Assembly: GCA_046759165.1 (NCBI GenBank)
Contig: JBHIBS010000011.1
Span: 1 to 49,042, forward strand
Direction: 5' to 3'
Length of the DNA stretch: 49,042 bases
DNA from: a bacterium
GTDB lineage: Bacteria > UBA6262 > WVXT01
The position numbers and the translations under genes were made by a program. Shown here piece after piece: positions 34,824 to 44,270 of this stretch. How positions within the stretch are numbered: position 1 is the stretch's first letter; every line of letters starts with the position of its first letter. The notes beneath the pieces were generated by a model that did no database searches, was not told the origin of the DNA, and worked only from the letters and a program-made list of their open reading frames with translations.

Positions 34824-35915
34824 TTAGACTGAAGTCTTACTTAAGATTTCTTTTACTTGCCTGCCAATCAATTCTGAGGTGAAGTTTTCCTGAATTAATT
34901 TATATCCGTTTTCAGCAATTTTTCTCCGCAATTCTCCATTATCTTTTAATACCATAATTGCTCTGGCTAAAGAGTCAACATTTGCCACTTCGCAGAGGAA
35001 GATGTTCTCTTTATCCACAAAATATTCGAGAATGGCTGGAGTTCTTCCAGTAATTACAGGCTTCTTTAAAGACAGGCACTGAAATACTTTATTGGGAACT
35101 ACCCTCGTTGCTTTCTCCGTATTCCCGAATATTCCAAGGCAAATGTCTGCATGAGAAACTACCTCTGGTAGCTCACTAAAAGGAACCCAGTTTCGTAAAA
35201 CTATATTTTTTAATTCCAGCTCTTCGATCAAACCTTTAATCATGGGGAAGGTCTGTCCCGAGCCTATCAATTCGAAGCGAATAGTTCTATCCCCACTCTC
35301 CACTATCCTGGCCGCTTGCACAATATACTCTATTCCCTGCAAAGGGAGGAAGGAACCAAAAAATTGAACCAAGAAATTGCCTTCTTTTCTGCTCCCTTCT
35401 TCGTCCCTAGTTTTGAATAGAGAAAATAGCTCATCAGTCACTCCTACTGGCACCCGTCTAAATTTACTTCTATCTATGCCAAATTCCCTGGCATAATAGT
35501 CTGCATGAGCAAAGGTATCTGCTAAGACTATATCTGCAAGCTTAAAAGACAATTTGTCTATCTTAAAATTGTATCCTGCCTGCATGGAATAGGGTGCCAC
35601 CTTCTTCTGGTCGAGAACCTTAGTTTCATACCTCGAGACCAATGGGTCAAAAACTACAGGTTTATTGGTGAAGAATCCAATGACCTTGGCCAGTGGGACA
35701 TCCTTGTGCCGAAATGCAGGAACAAAAATGAGGTCATATTTTACAGGAAAAAATTTAAGATGTTGAAATAATAGCATTGGATATCTGAGCCAGAATTTGA
35801 ATTTTGACTTTGCATGGCATTCTACTACTTCCACCCCGTTCTTAATCAGGCCTTCTTTAATGATTACATTACGTATATATCGCGGATTATAGCCTCCAAA
35901 AAAACAGACTTTCAT
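34824..35915 (-). CDS. Glycosyltransferase family 4
   Basis: FFGSFLPLQG and ADICLGIFG...VVPNKVFQ. Start taken at MKVCFFG, which has a GAGGAAGGG RBS. Confidence 0.82.
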   Translation of the reverse strand: MKVCFFGGYNPRYIRNVIIKEGLIKNGVEVVECHAKSKFKFWLRYPMLLFQHLKFFPVKYDLIFVPAFRHKDVPLAKVIGFFTNKPVVFDPLVSRYETKVLDQKKVAPYSMQAGYNFKIDKLSFKLADIVLADTFAHADYYAREFGIDRSKFRRVPVGVTDELFSLFKTRDEEGSRKEGNFLVQFFGSFLPLQGIEYIVQAARIVESGDRTIRFELIGSGQTFPMIKGLIEELELKNIVLRNWVPFSELPEVVSHADICLGIFGNTEKATRVVPNKVFQCLSLKKPVITGRTPAILEYFVDKENIFLCEVANVDSLARAIMVLKDNGELRRKIAENGYKLIQENFTSELIGRQVKEILSKTSV

Positions 35916-35947
35916 CGTCCCTTCCTCAAAAACGGAACAAGTCAAAC

Positions 35948-36046
35948 AGTAGCCTGTCCTCTTTTTTTACCGTTAAAAATTGACTCTGACCCCTTTTTTC
36001 TTTTTTACTGACCACTTTTTTTCGAAAAAGTAGCCTGTCCCCTTTT
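35948..36046. repeat. Tandem T-tailed repeat units (AGTAGCCTGTCCCCTTTT / TGACTCTGACCCCTTTT)
   Basis: About four degenerate units; the same motif occurs at 6312-6359. Confidence 0.7.
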
Positions 36047-36048
36047 CC

Positions 36049-37026
36049 CTAGAGGAGTTGCATAAATTCTTTTTCTAACTTGTTGACGAGATTTGACCAT
36101 GTATATTCTTGAATTTTCCTATAGCCTCTCTCTGCCATCCGCTCTCTTAAATTTCTATTTTCGATTAGTCTTCTTATCTTTTTTGCAATTAGAAGAGGAT
36201 ATCTAAAACGAAAAACGAGGGCAGTCTCTCCATCTGTCGCAAAATCTCTAGTCCCGGAAGCGGAGCAGACTACTGGAACTTTGCAGGCCATGGCTTCAGC
36301 ACAGGGATTGGACCATCCCGCTCTCTTCTCAGCACTAACAAAAATATCTGCTTGAGAGTAGAGCTCTGCCATTCTTTCCTGGGGTAGGGCAATGTAGAAC
36401 TTAACTGGAGCTTCGGTCTGGAGCATCTGACGGGCATCGAGCCTGGGATTGCCAACAGGAGTATCGAAGAGCAGAAGCGTTAAAGAAGGATATCTCTTAT
36501 ACAACAGCTCAGCTGCCTTAACGATTTTCTGTGTCCCCTTCCTCTTCTTGTAAATCCTCCCATAACAGAGAATTTTTATCTGGTGGGTGTCCCTCTTTGT
36601 TTCCACAGGATGGAATAATTCGGGATTTATCCCACCAATTCCCTCAATGCATCCTCTCTTATACTTTCGCCTTACCATCTCACATATTCCGCTAGAGTTT
36701 CCCATAATGAGGAATTTTCTGTTGGCACATGCTTTTTTATTACTTTTGTGCTCAAGAAGGCAATAGAAAATTTTCTTCTCAGCATTGGCTCTTTCTAAGT
36801 AATGAAGAACTGAGTAGTCGCTGGATATTGCAATGTTATTCTTTTCTAAAGTTACCTGTTCTACGGGTCTTGTCTCACCAAAGAACTCTAGCCAGGTGGG
36901 ACGACTTCCATCTGAGTGGTAGATCCTGAAGGAGTGGCCTCTTTTTATAAAATGGTTCCCTATCTCAATATACCTTCTAACCCCTCCGAAAACTTCAAGA
37001 TGTGGAAGTATAGCAGCTATTTTCAA
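36049..37026 (-). CDS. Glycosyltransferase family 4
   Basis: FGGVRR, KG...IV.A and ADIFV...GWSNPCAEAMAC.VPVV. Confidence 0.82.
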   Translation of the reverse strand: MKIAAILPHLEVFGGVRRYIEIGNHFIKRGHSFRIYHSDGSRPTWLEFFGETRPVEQVTLEKNNIAISSDYSVLHYLERANAEKKIFYCLLEHKSNKKACANRKFLIMGNSSGICEMVRRKYKRGCIEGIGGINPELFHPVETKRDTHQIKILCYGRIYKKRKGTQKIVKAAELLYKRYPSLTLLLFDTPVGNPRLDARQMLQTEAPVKFYIALPQERMAELYSQADIFVSAEKRAGWSNPCAEAMACKVPVVCSASGTRDFATDGETALVFRFRYPLLIAKKIRRLIENRNLRERMAERGYRKIQEYTWSNLVNKLEKEFMQLL

Positions 37027-37781
37027 TGGATTCTTCCCCTTGGGAGTTCCCAGAGTTTCAGATATTTCGTAAAGACATAGAAGCTGCCCATGAGTGAAAC
37101 GATGAGCCCATAAGTCCCATCCAGATAACCTCTGTTCATTAAGTACATCCTGATGAATCTAGTGATTGGTCGAAATAGTAGGTCAAAGACTCTCGCCCTC
37201 CTGCCATCTTTAAACATCTCTTCTGCAGCCAGCGAGCTGAACTTATCAATATGACTTAAATGGTCGGATAAATTCTTATATGAATAGTGGTTTAAACAAG
37301 ATTTAAGATAGCCTTTCCTGCCTTCTACTACTACAGACTCATGTACGGTCCGCTGGTTAAATCTTCCCTTTCCTCTTAGAAAGAGCCTTAATTTGTAATC
37401 CGGATACCACCCACAGTGTCTGATCCATCTCCCGAGATAGTGATTTCTTCTGGGTATATAGTAACCATCAAAGGATTGGAACTCGGAATTGAGAATTGTG
37501 AGAATCTCTTCTTTCAATTCTGGTGTAGCCCTTTCATCAGCATCTATCCATAATACCCACTCATTGCTTGCTTTCCCTAAGGCAAAATTCTTTTGCTGAG
37601 AAAAATTCGTCCATTTCTTTTGGAATATTTTGGAGGTGAATTCTCTTGCAATCTCTACAGTTTTGTCACTACTGAAAGAATCCACGATTACAATCTCATC
37701 TGACCAGTTCACACTTTCCAAACAGTCTCTAATGTTTTCTTGTTCATTGTAAGTGATGATAATTACAGAAAGTTCACTCAT
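37023..37781 (-). CDS. Glycosyltransferase family 2 (KdtX/WaaE-like LPS core glucosyltransferase)
   Basis: LSVIIITYNE..NI..CLESV, VDSFSSD.T, IDADER, GWYPD and VHE. Confidence 0.88.
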   Translation of the reverse strand: MSELSVIIITYNEQENIRDCLESVNWSDEIVIVDSFSSDKTVEIAREFTSKIFQKKWTNFSQQKNFALGKASNEWVLWIDADERATPELKEEILTILNSEFQSFDGYYIPRRNHYLGRWIRHCGWYPDYKLRLFLRGKGRFNQRTVHESVVVEGRKGYLKSCLNHYSYKNLSDHLSHIDKFSSLAAEEMFKDGRRARVFDLLFRPITRFIRMYLMNRGYLDGTYGLIVSLMGSFYVFTKYLKLWELPRGRIH

Positions 37782-37816
37782 CTATTTTTTTCACCCTATC
37801 TTCGTTGTTATGCTCT

Positions 37817-37839
37817 GCACAATTTGAAATTGTGCCTAC
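37817..37839 (-). repeat. GTAG REP hairpin
   Basis: GTAGGCACAATTTCAAATTGTGC, identical to 1246-1268 and 13803-13825. Confidence 0.8.
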
Positions 37840-37881
37840 AAATATATTCTTTTATGACCCTTCTAGACCAGAATTAAGGCA

Positions 37882-38736
37882 TTATCCGAAAAGTTTCCAG
37901 TATATCCTGTGTCCCCAATGGAAACGTGAGCACTTGCGAATATACTTTCTGAGATTCGATTCTACTAATCTATCTCCTTTAAAATAGGAGAGAAAGAATC
38001 TGAGTTTGTCTGTAGCAGTTAGCGGCGCTTGCCATTTTTCGCAGGACCTATTGAAACGAGCCAGATTCTTGATCCTGTCTCTCAGAGAGAGGTTCTGCTT
38101 AATCTTTGAGCAATCGAAGTCAACGAGATAAACTTGAATTCCCTTTCCTATATTCTGGATCAATACATTCTTAACATTTAAATCTGCATGGTATATTCCT
38201 GAGGTGTGCATTTTCTTAATGGCTTCTGCTAAGGACTTAATTATCTCTTTTTTTTGAGATATCTTTTCCTTCAATCGTCTCTCTTTGAGCCTCTTCAGGT
38301 ATTCCAATAAATTGGTACTATCAGGAATCTCTTTATAAGCTATCTCTCCCTTATAGAGTGGACCAAAAATCCTGTCGACTCTGGCAGCGAGGACTTCCGG
38401 AACTGGGATGCCTTTTTGGGACGCTACTTCAAGGATAACCAGTTCCCGAAACGGTCTTGAATTGCCAAATAAAACGTCTCTGGTAATTTTACGAAACAAT
38501 CCTCCATGTTCATAATGTTTTATAATCATCCTTTCATTGGACCCTCTAATCGGAATACAGGGAATTATGTTCCTGCCCCTGAGTAAACTGACTCCTGGAT
38601 ACAAACTTCTTTCTCTTATCTTTCTGGAGAGAGCCACTTTTTGACTTAGTACTTGGTGTTTATACTTATCTTTTACCAATATAGTAGTTTTGCCTCTTAC
38701 CACTTTCTCAAATTGTGGCAGAATTTTCCTGTTCAA
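37882..38736 (-). CDS. LPS kinase, Kdo kinase (KdkA)-like
   Basis: GR, KHY.HGGL, RPFRE, YHADLN.KNVL, LVDFD and NLARFNRS. Confidence 0.78.
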   Translation of the reverse strand: MNRKILPQFEKVVRGKTTILVKDKYKHQVLSQKVALSRKIRERSLYPGVSLLRGRNIIPCIPIRGSNERMIIKHYEHGGLFRKITRDVLFGNSRPFRELVILEVASQKGIPVPEVLAARVDRIFGPLYKGEIAYKEIPDSTNLLEYLKRLKERRLKEKISQKKEIIKSLAEAIKKMHTSGIYHADLNVKNVLIQNIGKGIQVYLVDFDCSKIKQNLSLRDRIKNLARFNRSCEKWQAPLTATDKLRFFLSYFKGDRLVESNLRKYIRKCSRFHWGHRIYWKLFG

Positions 38737-39790
38737 GCTCTTTCCTAACCTCTTTTATCGGCGAGTGTTCCATATCTGACCTGTCAATCCTGTCAAGCTG
38801 CACTTGAACGGCCTGAAGTACATCCTTTACGCTAATCGATTTCATGCAGGTCAGTTCTTTGCAGACTCTCCTCGAACAGGGACTGCATGGCAGGTCTTTC
38901 TTTATTACCAGATGGTCACTCCCCCAGGGACGGCTACGCTGGACATCTGCGGGACCAAATAGAGCAATTACCGGAGTACCGCTGGCCGCAGCCACATGCA
39001 TAGGACCTGTATCGTTGCCAACGAATAACTTGCACCTACGGCAAATCGCAGCCAGTTCTTTGATACCCGTTCTTGCTGTTATAGCTTTTTCTCTCATTAA
39101 ACTTAATACTCTCCCTACAATTTCATATTCACCCGGCCCTTCGAAAATGATAATTTTTGCCCTGAATTCTCTAATCAGTATATCGGATAGCTGTGCATAT
39201 CTTGATTCTGACCACCTCTTCGATTGCTTGAATGCTCCGGGATTGATACCTATCAGTAATTCTCCTGATTTAACTCCTCTCTCTTCTAAAAATCTGCCGG
39301 CCCAATCGTCAGCTTTTGGGTTAGAGGGCAAATAGGGTTCCTTTCTTCCGGGTGCCACTCCCAGGGAAAGGACGATGTTTAAGAACATATCTATATCGTG
39401 GAGAGGTGCCGTAGGAGGCTCTATTCTTCTAGTTAGAAGTAGATTTCTCAGTGAATGACTATAGCCGATTCGTTCTGGAATTCCACTTAAATAGACAAAA
39501 AGGGCAGCCCGATAGGAACGTGGCTGCATAATTATGCCGATGTCGAAATTTCTATTCCTTAAGGACAGAATAAACCTAATCTTCCCCTTTAAGGTCCTCT
39601 CTTTGCCTCTCTCATCATAAATAATGATTTCATCTACATCAGGGTTGCCATCAAATAGGTCACTTACCCATGGACTGATTAAAAGGGTTATATGAGAATT
39701 GGGGAATCCTTTTCTTAAAGCAGCTAAAGCTGGGGTCATAAATAGTGAATCTCCAATCCAATTGACACCCATAACTAAAATCTTGGCCAT
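38708..39790 (-). CDS. waaF: GT9 LPS heptosyltransferase II
   Basis: GVNWIGD..F.TP, INPGA...KRW, NDTGPMHVAAA and C.PC..R.C. The true start is MAKILV; the ORF-track extension overlaps lpxL and a REP. Confidence 0.82.
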   Translation of the reverse strand: MAKILVMGVNWIGDSLFMTPALAALRKGFPNSHITLLISPWVSDLFDGNPDVDEIIIYDERGKERTLKGKIRFILSLRNRNFDIGIIMQPRSYRAALFVYLSGIPERIGYSHSLRNLLLTRRIEPPTAPLHDIDMFLNIVLSLGVAPGRKEPYLPSNPKADDWAGRFLEERGVKSGELLIGINPGAFKQSKRWSESRYAQLSDILIREFRAKIIIFEGPGEYEIVGRVLSLMREKAITARTGIKELAAICRRCKLFVGNDTGPMHVAAASGTPVIALFGPADVQRSRPWGSDHLVIKKDLPCSPCSRRVCKELTCMKSISVKDVLQAVQVQLDRIDRSDMEHSPIKEVRKELEQENSATI

Positions 39791-39862
39791 TTCCCCAATC
39801 TCTTTTCTATTTCTCTCCATATGCTTAAAGCAGACCTTCCCTGTGCCACCACTTTCCTTCCT

Positions 39863-39921
39863 GTAGTAGCAAAGCGTAAGCTTTGCCTTCCTTTGGCAGA
39901 GCTTCCCTGCCCCGCTACTAC
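39863..39921. repeat. Inverted REP doublet (REPIN-like)
   Basis: GTAGTAGCAAAGCGTAAGCTTTGCC followed by the inverted unit GGCAGAGCTTCCCTGCCCCGCTACTAC. Confidence 0.72.
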
Positions 39922-39923
39922 TT

Positions 39924-40955
39924 TTAAAGGAATGGACTAGAAGATTCCCGCGTTTCGGCTTCCTCTTCCTTCTTTGGCTTAGTTTTCCACCTGTTGTGAA
40001 ACCACCACCAATGTGTGGGATACTGCCGGACAAACTCCTCGATAACTTTGGTGATCTTGGCTGTGGTAACCAGAATATCTTTCTCTTGATTACCGGATAT
40101 CTCAAGTTCAACAGGTGAACCGATAATAACTTTATGCTTATTCACTCCCTGACGCACATTAAATATTGGAAGTATTGGTGCACCTGTCCTTAAGGCCATG
40201 ACCGCAGGTCCAACAACAGTTCCTGCTGGACGACCAAAAAAATCGACAAATACTCCACCTTTTGCTTTGTTCTGATCGGCAAATAAAGCCAGTATCCTGT
40301 TTTGACGCAAAGCGCTCAGAGATCTACGCACCGCTGTCGATCTGGGGAGGGCAGGTATCGAGTCGAAGCCCATCTTGTCTCTCCACTTCTGGAAGTACCT
40401 TTCCACTCTTGATTCATCTGCTGGCCGCACGACTAATGCATATGGATATCCTCGGGAAGTAAGTGCCGATCCCATCAGTGTAAAATTGCCAAAGTGTGCA
40501 CAGAGTCCTATTACCCCTTTCCCCTTGGATAGTGCCCGTCTCAGATTCTCTTCCCCTTCCAAAATAAACTTCTCTTTTAATTGATTGAGGACTGAGGAGT
40601 TTCGAAAAAAGGAAACCATTGCAGAAAGCATTTCACAAAAACTCTGGCCAGCTTCTCGAAAGCAAGCACGATAAATATATTCGATTTCTTCCTCGCTCTT
40701 CTCTTTTCCTAGACTCAAAGTGAGGTTTTCCAGAGCTATTCTTCGCCACTTCTTCCTAAATGGGCGAGAGATGACCTCTAGGTAGTGGACAATGGAGGGA
40801 AATGCCCTTGCGGGTATAAACATAAACAAGAAGCGCATAATCAAGAATGTAACCCAAGATGTATTTTTCTCAAATTTCTTTTTGAATTTACTTTTTTTCT
40901 TTTTCTTCACATCAGTAACATTGGAAGGAGCAGGAGCAACGAAGTCCCGATTCAT
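39924..40955 (-). CDS. lpxL: Lipid A late acyltransferase (LpxL/HtrB family)
   Basis: AHFGNF, ADQ, VDFFG.PA and PTHWWWFHNRWK; start codon uncertain. Confidence 0.85.
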   Translation of the reverse strand: MNRDFVAPAPSNVTDVKKKKKSKFKKKFEKNTSWVTFLIMRFLFMFIPARAFPSIVHYLEVISRPFRKKWRRIALENLTLSLGKEKSEEEIEYIYRACFREAGQSFCEMLSAMVSFFRNSSVLNQLKEKFILEGEENLRRALSKGKGVIGLCAHFGNFTLMGSALTSRGYPYALVVRPADESRVERYFQKWRDKMGFDSIPALPRSTAVRRSLSALRQNRILALFADQNKAKGGVFVDFFGRPAGTVVGPAVMALRTGAPILPIFNVRQGVNKHKVIIGSPVELEISGNQEKDILVTTAKITKVIEEFVRQYPTHWWWFHNRWKTKPKKEEEAETRESSSPFL

Positions 40956-40970
40956 CGGGCCGCGGTCCTT

Positions 40971-42272
40971 TTAGTCGCTCGTAATAGCATGGGTAAGTAG
41001 ATTCTTTGCTAATATGGCGCTCTTTTCGGCAGCTCCCTTATGAGCCTTAACTATTTCAAGAGCAGCCCTTCCCATTCTCTCTAATTCTTCAGGATTTGCC
41101 AATAACTCAAGGATACTGTTAAGTAGTTCTCCTCTATTGGATACTACTCTGCCAGCTCCATTGGAAATAAAGGCTTGGGCTACCTCTTCAAAATTTTCCA
41201 TATAGGGGCCGAAGAGAACCCCCTTTCCTAAACTGGCTGGCTCTAGAATGTTGTGTCCTCCAACAGGGACTAAGCTCCCGCCCACAAAGATAATTCTTGC
41301 CAGAGCATAGAAACGAGTGAGCTCTCCAATGGTGTCAAGGAGAATAATCTGGTTTAGAACATTACCTTGAACTGGGGAGGAGAGTTCTGTCCTTCTGACG
41401 AATTTGAAATTTCTGCTTCTCAACAACTTCTCCACTTCGCTTACTCTTTGCGGGTGGCGGGGTGCAACAATTAGAACTATGTGAGGGTAAAACTTGCTAA
41501 TTTCTCGATAAACATCCAAGATCGTCTCTTCCTCTCCCCTATGCGTGCTACCTGCAACAAAAATTACTCTATCGCTTTCTAAATTTGAATTTCCTGGATG
41601 AAGAAAAATGTCAGTGCCCACATCAAACTTTAAATTCCCTGTTACAGTGACTGTTGAGGCATCAGCGCCTAATGAGATAATTCGTTCTGCATCCATTTGG
41701 CTCTGCATAATAAATAGGTCGATGTTTTCGAGAACTCTGCTCATAAAGAACTTAAGCATTTTATACTTTCTAAAAGAGTCCGTAGAAATCCTTCCGTTAG
41801 CCACCATTATGGGAACTCTTCTTCTCTTTGCTTCCCTTATAAAATTTGGCCAGAGCTCCGTTTCGGCTATTATGAAGAGTTTTGGTTTGATGGTGTCGAG
41901 AACTCTTCCCACTATACATGAGAAGTCGAGAGGAAAGTAGATGTATGCCCGAGCATCTGGAATTACCTTTCTTGCCATAGCTTGACCAGTATTGGTCAAT
42001 GTTGAAATAACAAAATTGTAATCAAGGCACTCCCTTTTAACGGCTTTTATTAAATTCCCTATCGCTATCACTTCGCCCACTGAAGCGGCATGAGCCCAAA
42101 TGAGGTTTTCATCTCTTACTCTCTTTGCGCTTTCATTCAAAAAGCCCAATCTCTGTTTTAGCCCTTTTCTTATTTTCTGAATAAAAAATGGCCAGAAGAT
42201 AGAGAAGAAGAAAACTAAAAGAATCTGGTAAAATGTCCAGAAGAAATCGAACTTCTTAATTTTGGCTTTCAC
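40971..42272 (-). CDS. waaA: Kdo transferase
   Basis: WAHAASVGE, ETELWPN, NGRIS, GNLKFD, GSTH.GEE, APRHPQR and GGHNILEP. Confidence 0.95.
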   Translation of the reverse strand: MKAKIKKFDFFWTFYQILLVFFFSIFWPFFIQKIRKGLKQRLGFLNESAKRVRDENLIWAHAASVGEVIAIGNLIKAVKRECLDYNFVISTLTNTGQAMARKVIPDARAYIYFPLDFSCIVGRVLDTIKPKLFIIAETELWPNFIREAKRRRVPIMVANGRISTDSFRKYKMLKFFMSRVLENIDLFIMQSQMDAERIISLGADASTVTVTGNLKFDVGTDIFLHPGNSNLESDRVIFVAGSTHRGEEETILDVYREISKFYPHIVLIVAPRHPQRVSEVEKLLRSRNFKFVRRTELSSPVQGNVLNQIILLDTIGELTRFYALARIIFVGGSLVPVGGHNILEPASLGKGVLFGPYMENFEEVAQAFISNGAGRVVSNRGELLNSILELLANPEELERMGRAALEIVKAHKGAAEKSAILAKNLLTHAITSD

Positions 42273-42285
42273 AGGTTTTTTCCAT

Positions 42286-43044
42286 TTAGAACTTGGCTCT
42301 CTTTAGAAGCATGGTAATTGTTCCAATCTTGCCTTGCTTTTCTATTTTGACCGGGACCTTCCTTTCGTCATTACTGAGCCATATCTTGGAGCTCTCTGTC
42401 CCGACTTTTCCCTCGCGTTTCCATACTACCTCGGTCTTGAGTGCTTTAAATTTCCCAGAAGGAGTGGCGACCTTCTCAATCCCAATGACCTTCACTTCTA
42501 CTAAATAGTTCTTGCCATCATCATTAGCGTCCATAATTACTGATGTTCCTTTCTTGAGTTCCTGTGTTCTTAGGTAATAGACAGAGGATAGAGAATCCTG
42601 AACATAAAAGGGAATATCAATCTTTTTCCCTTTGTATAAGGCCTGATGCTTTTCCTGATCGTAAATTGTCTCCTTATTGGAACGATATTTGCCCCCTCTC
42701 AATCTCTTTCTCTGCTTCCAGGTAAATATGCCCTCTTTGTCAACATATGATTCGATGAGGTCTCTAATCTTGAAAAAGATATCGAAAAATCCAGAGGAGC
42801 GAGTGGAAAGGGTGACGTAATAGGCGTCCCTGTCGGAAATTTTCACAATCTTCTTTACCTCCATTACAGAAGTTCCCCCCGCTATTCCTTTCCACTTAAC
42901 TATATAGATTAACTTCTCTCTTACTTCGAAAGCTCTATTCTCTACCTTGCGCCATAGAGAATTTTCAAAGCAATCTGTTGAGCTACTGTAAGAGACGAAA
43001 AGGAAAGCAAAAATCAGATATAAGGTTCTATTTTTTTTCGCCAT
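42286..43044 (-). CDS. DUF3108 family exported protein
   Basis: Signal peptide, E.L.Y.V.W, FFKIRD..ES, D.LS..YYLR and IWLSND..KVPVKI. Confidence 0.72.
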   Translation of the reverse strand: MAKKNRTLYLIFAFLFVSYSSSTDCFENSLWRKVENRAFEVREKLIYIVKWKGIAGGTSVMEVKKIVKISDRDAYYVTLSTRSSGFFDIFFKIRDLIESYVDKEGIFTWKQRKRLRGGKYRSNKETIYDQEKHQALYKGKKIDIPFYVQDSLSSVYYLRTQELKKGTSVIMDANDDGKNYLVEVKVIGIEKVATPSGKFKALKTEVVWKREGKVGTESSKIWLSNDERKVPVKIEKQGKIGTITMLLKRAKF

Positions 43045-44153
43045 TCCTCTTTGCCCCGAACTATCTCAAGTTCTACTTTCAACACCCAAATTTCCCAGAA
43101 GACCCTATCGGCTTCTGGATAGATCAATTTCTCGAGCTGCACTCCATCCTTTTCAGTGGTAACTGCGATTGCCTTTCCTTTTTCCAGGTCAGTTCTGCAT
43201 GTGGTTTCTATTTCCCGGAGGTCTCTTCGATCATAATTGTGGTGGTCAGGAAATTGAAAAATTTTGACGATTTTTGCACCCAGCCCTTCTAATGTCTTCT
43301 CAAAGGAATAAGGATTACCGATACTGGAAAAAGCAACCACTTTTCTATCCTTAATAAAATTCAGACTTTCCTTCTCGCCAGAGAAAGAACCTTGTAGATA
43401 TTTTGGACGATGAACGCTTTCCAGGATTATGGATTCGGGATTGAGCCTTCCTAAATCGCCAATTATCCTGTCTAAGTCCTCTCTAGAAACAAGATTTGCC
43501 CTGGTCAAAAGAAAGATGTCCGCTCTCGATAGGTGCGAGATAGGCTCTCGTAATGGCCCTCGGGGAATTAAGTAGTCATTACCATAGGGATTTAAAGAAT
43601 CTATGGTTACAATGTCCAGGTCCCTCGTCAAGCGCCAGTATTGAAAACCATCATCTAAAATTAATACCTCAGTAGCAAATTTTTCTATTACGTATTTTCC
43701 GGCCTCTATTCTATTTTTCCCTACAATTATAGGAACACCAGGCAGATTTTTTGAAAGGAGGTAAGGCTCCTCTCCAGCTTCCCTGGAAGAGAGGATTACC
43801 CTCTTTCCATCGGACACTATCGATATCTCGCTCTTTTTATCCCTTCTCTTTTCCATTCGATATCCTCGGGATAAGACTGCAACTTTCTTTCCCATTTCTT
43901 GCAGTAGCTTAGCTATCATAATTACAGCTGGAGTCTTTCCTGTCCCACCCCAAGTAATATTGCCCACACTAATTACAGTGCAAGGTACCCTGGTTTGAGG
44001 GACGACTCCAAGTCTGTGGATAAACCAGCGAACCTTGATCGCTATATAGTAAAATCGAGATAGGATAAAAAATAAAGAACGAAAAAGAGAAAGAACTTTC
44101 CCTTTTTCGTTAGCTATGCAGGCTAGATAGAACCCTGCTATTCTCTTCCGCAT
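43014..44153 (-). CDS. lpxK: Tetraacyldisaccharide 4'-kinase
   Basis: ISVGNITWGGTGKTP, LSRGY, LDDGFQ, P.GPLREP, FPDHH.Y and TTEKD. Start taken at MRKRIAG; the extension to 44222 lies in a REP. Confidence 0.93.
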   Translation of the reverse strand: MRKRIAGFYLACIANEKGKVLSLFRSLFFILSRFYYIAIKVRWFIHRLGVVPQTRVPCTVISVGNITWGGTGKTPAVIMIAKLLQEMGKKVAVLSRGYRMEKRRDKKSEISIVSDGKRVILSSREAGEEPYLLSKNLPGVPIIVGKNRIEAGKYVIEKFATEVLILDDGFQYWRLTRDLDIVTIDSLNPYGNDYLIPRGPLREPISHLSRADIFLLTRANLVSREDLDRIIGDLGRLNPESIILESVHRPKYLQGSFSGEKESLNFIKDRKVVAFSSIGNPYSFEKTLEGLGAKIVKIFQFPDHHNYDRRDLREIETTCRTDLEKGKAIAVTTEKDGVQLEKLIYPEADRVFWEIWVLKVELEIVRGKEEWRKKIEPYI

Positions 44154-44193
44154 TCCATGACGTCGAGCTATCACTTCCCTACTTCTTTCTAAA

Positions 44194-44250
44194 GCAGAGC
44201 TTCGCTCTGTCGTTACACTCAATCACGGGTTCGATGAATCGAACCCTTAC
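44194..44250 (-). repeat. Two REP-like hairpins between secF and lpxK
   Basis: Plus strand GCAGAGCTTCGCTCTGTCGTTAC (44194-44216) and GGGTTCGATGAATCGAACCCTTAC (44227-44250). Relatives of the second occur at 27329-27352 and 45187-45210. Confidence 0.7.
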
Positions 44251-44270
44251 ATTCATCAAATCCCGAGCTC

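Noticed and set aside
39791-40111. N-terminal extension or fusion on WaaF (467-aa ORF)
   Set aside because: The extension overlaps lpxL and a REP doublet; the GT9 fold begins at MAKILV (39790). Similar spurious extensions apply to Lrp, lpxK, kdsC, manZ and hinT.
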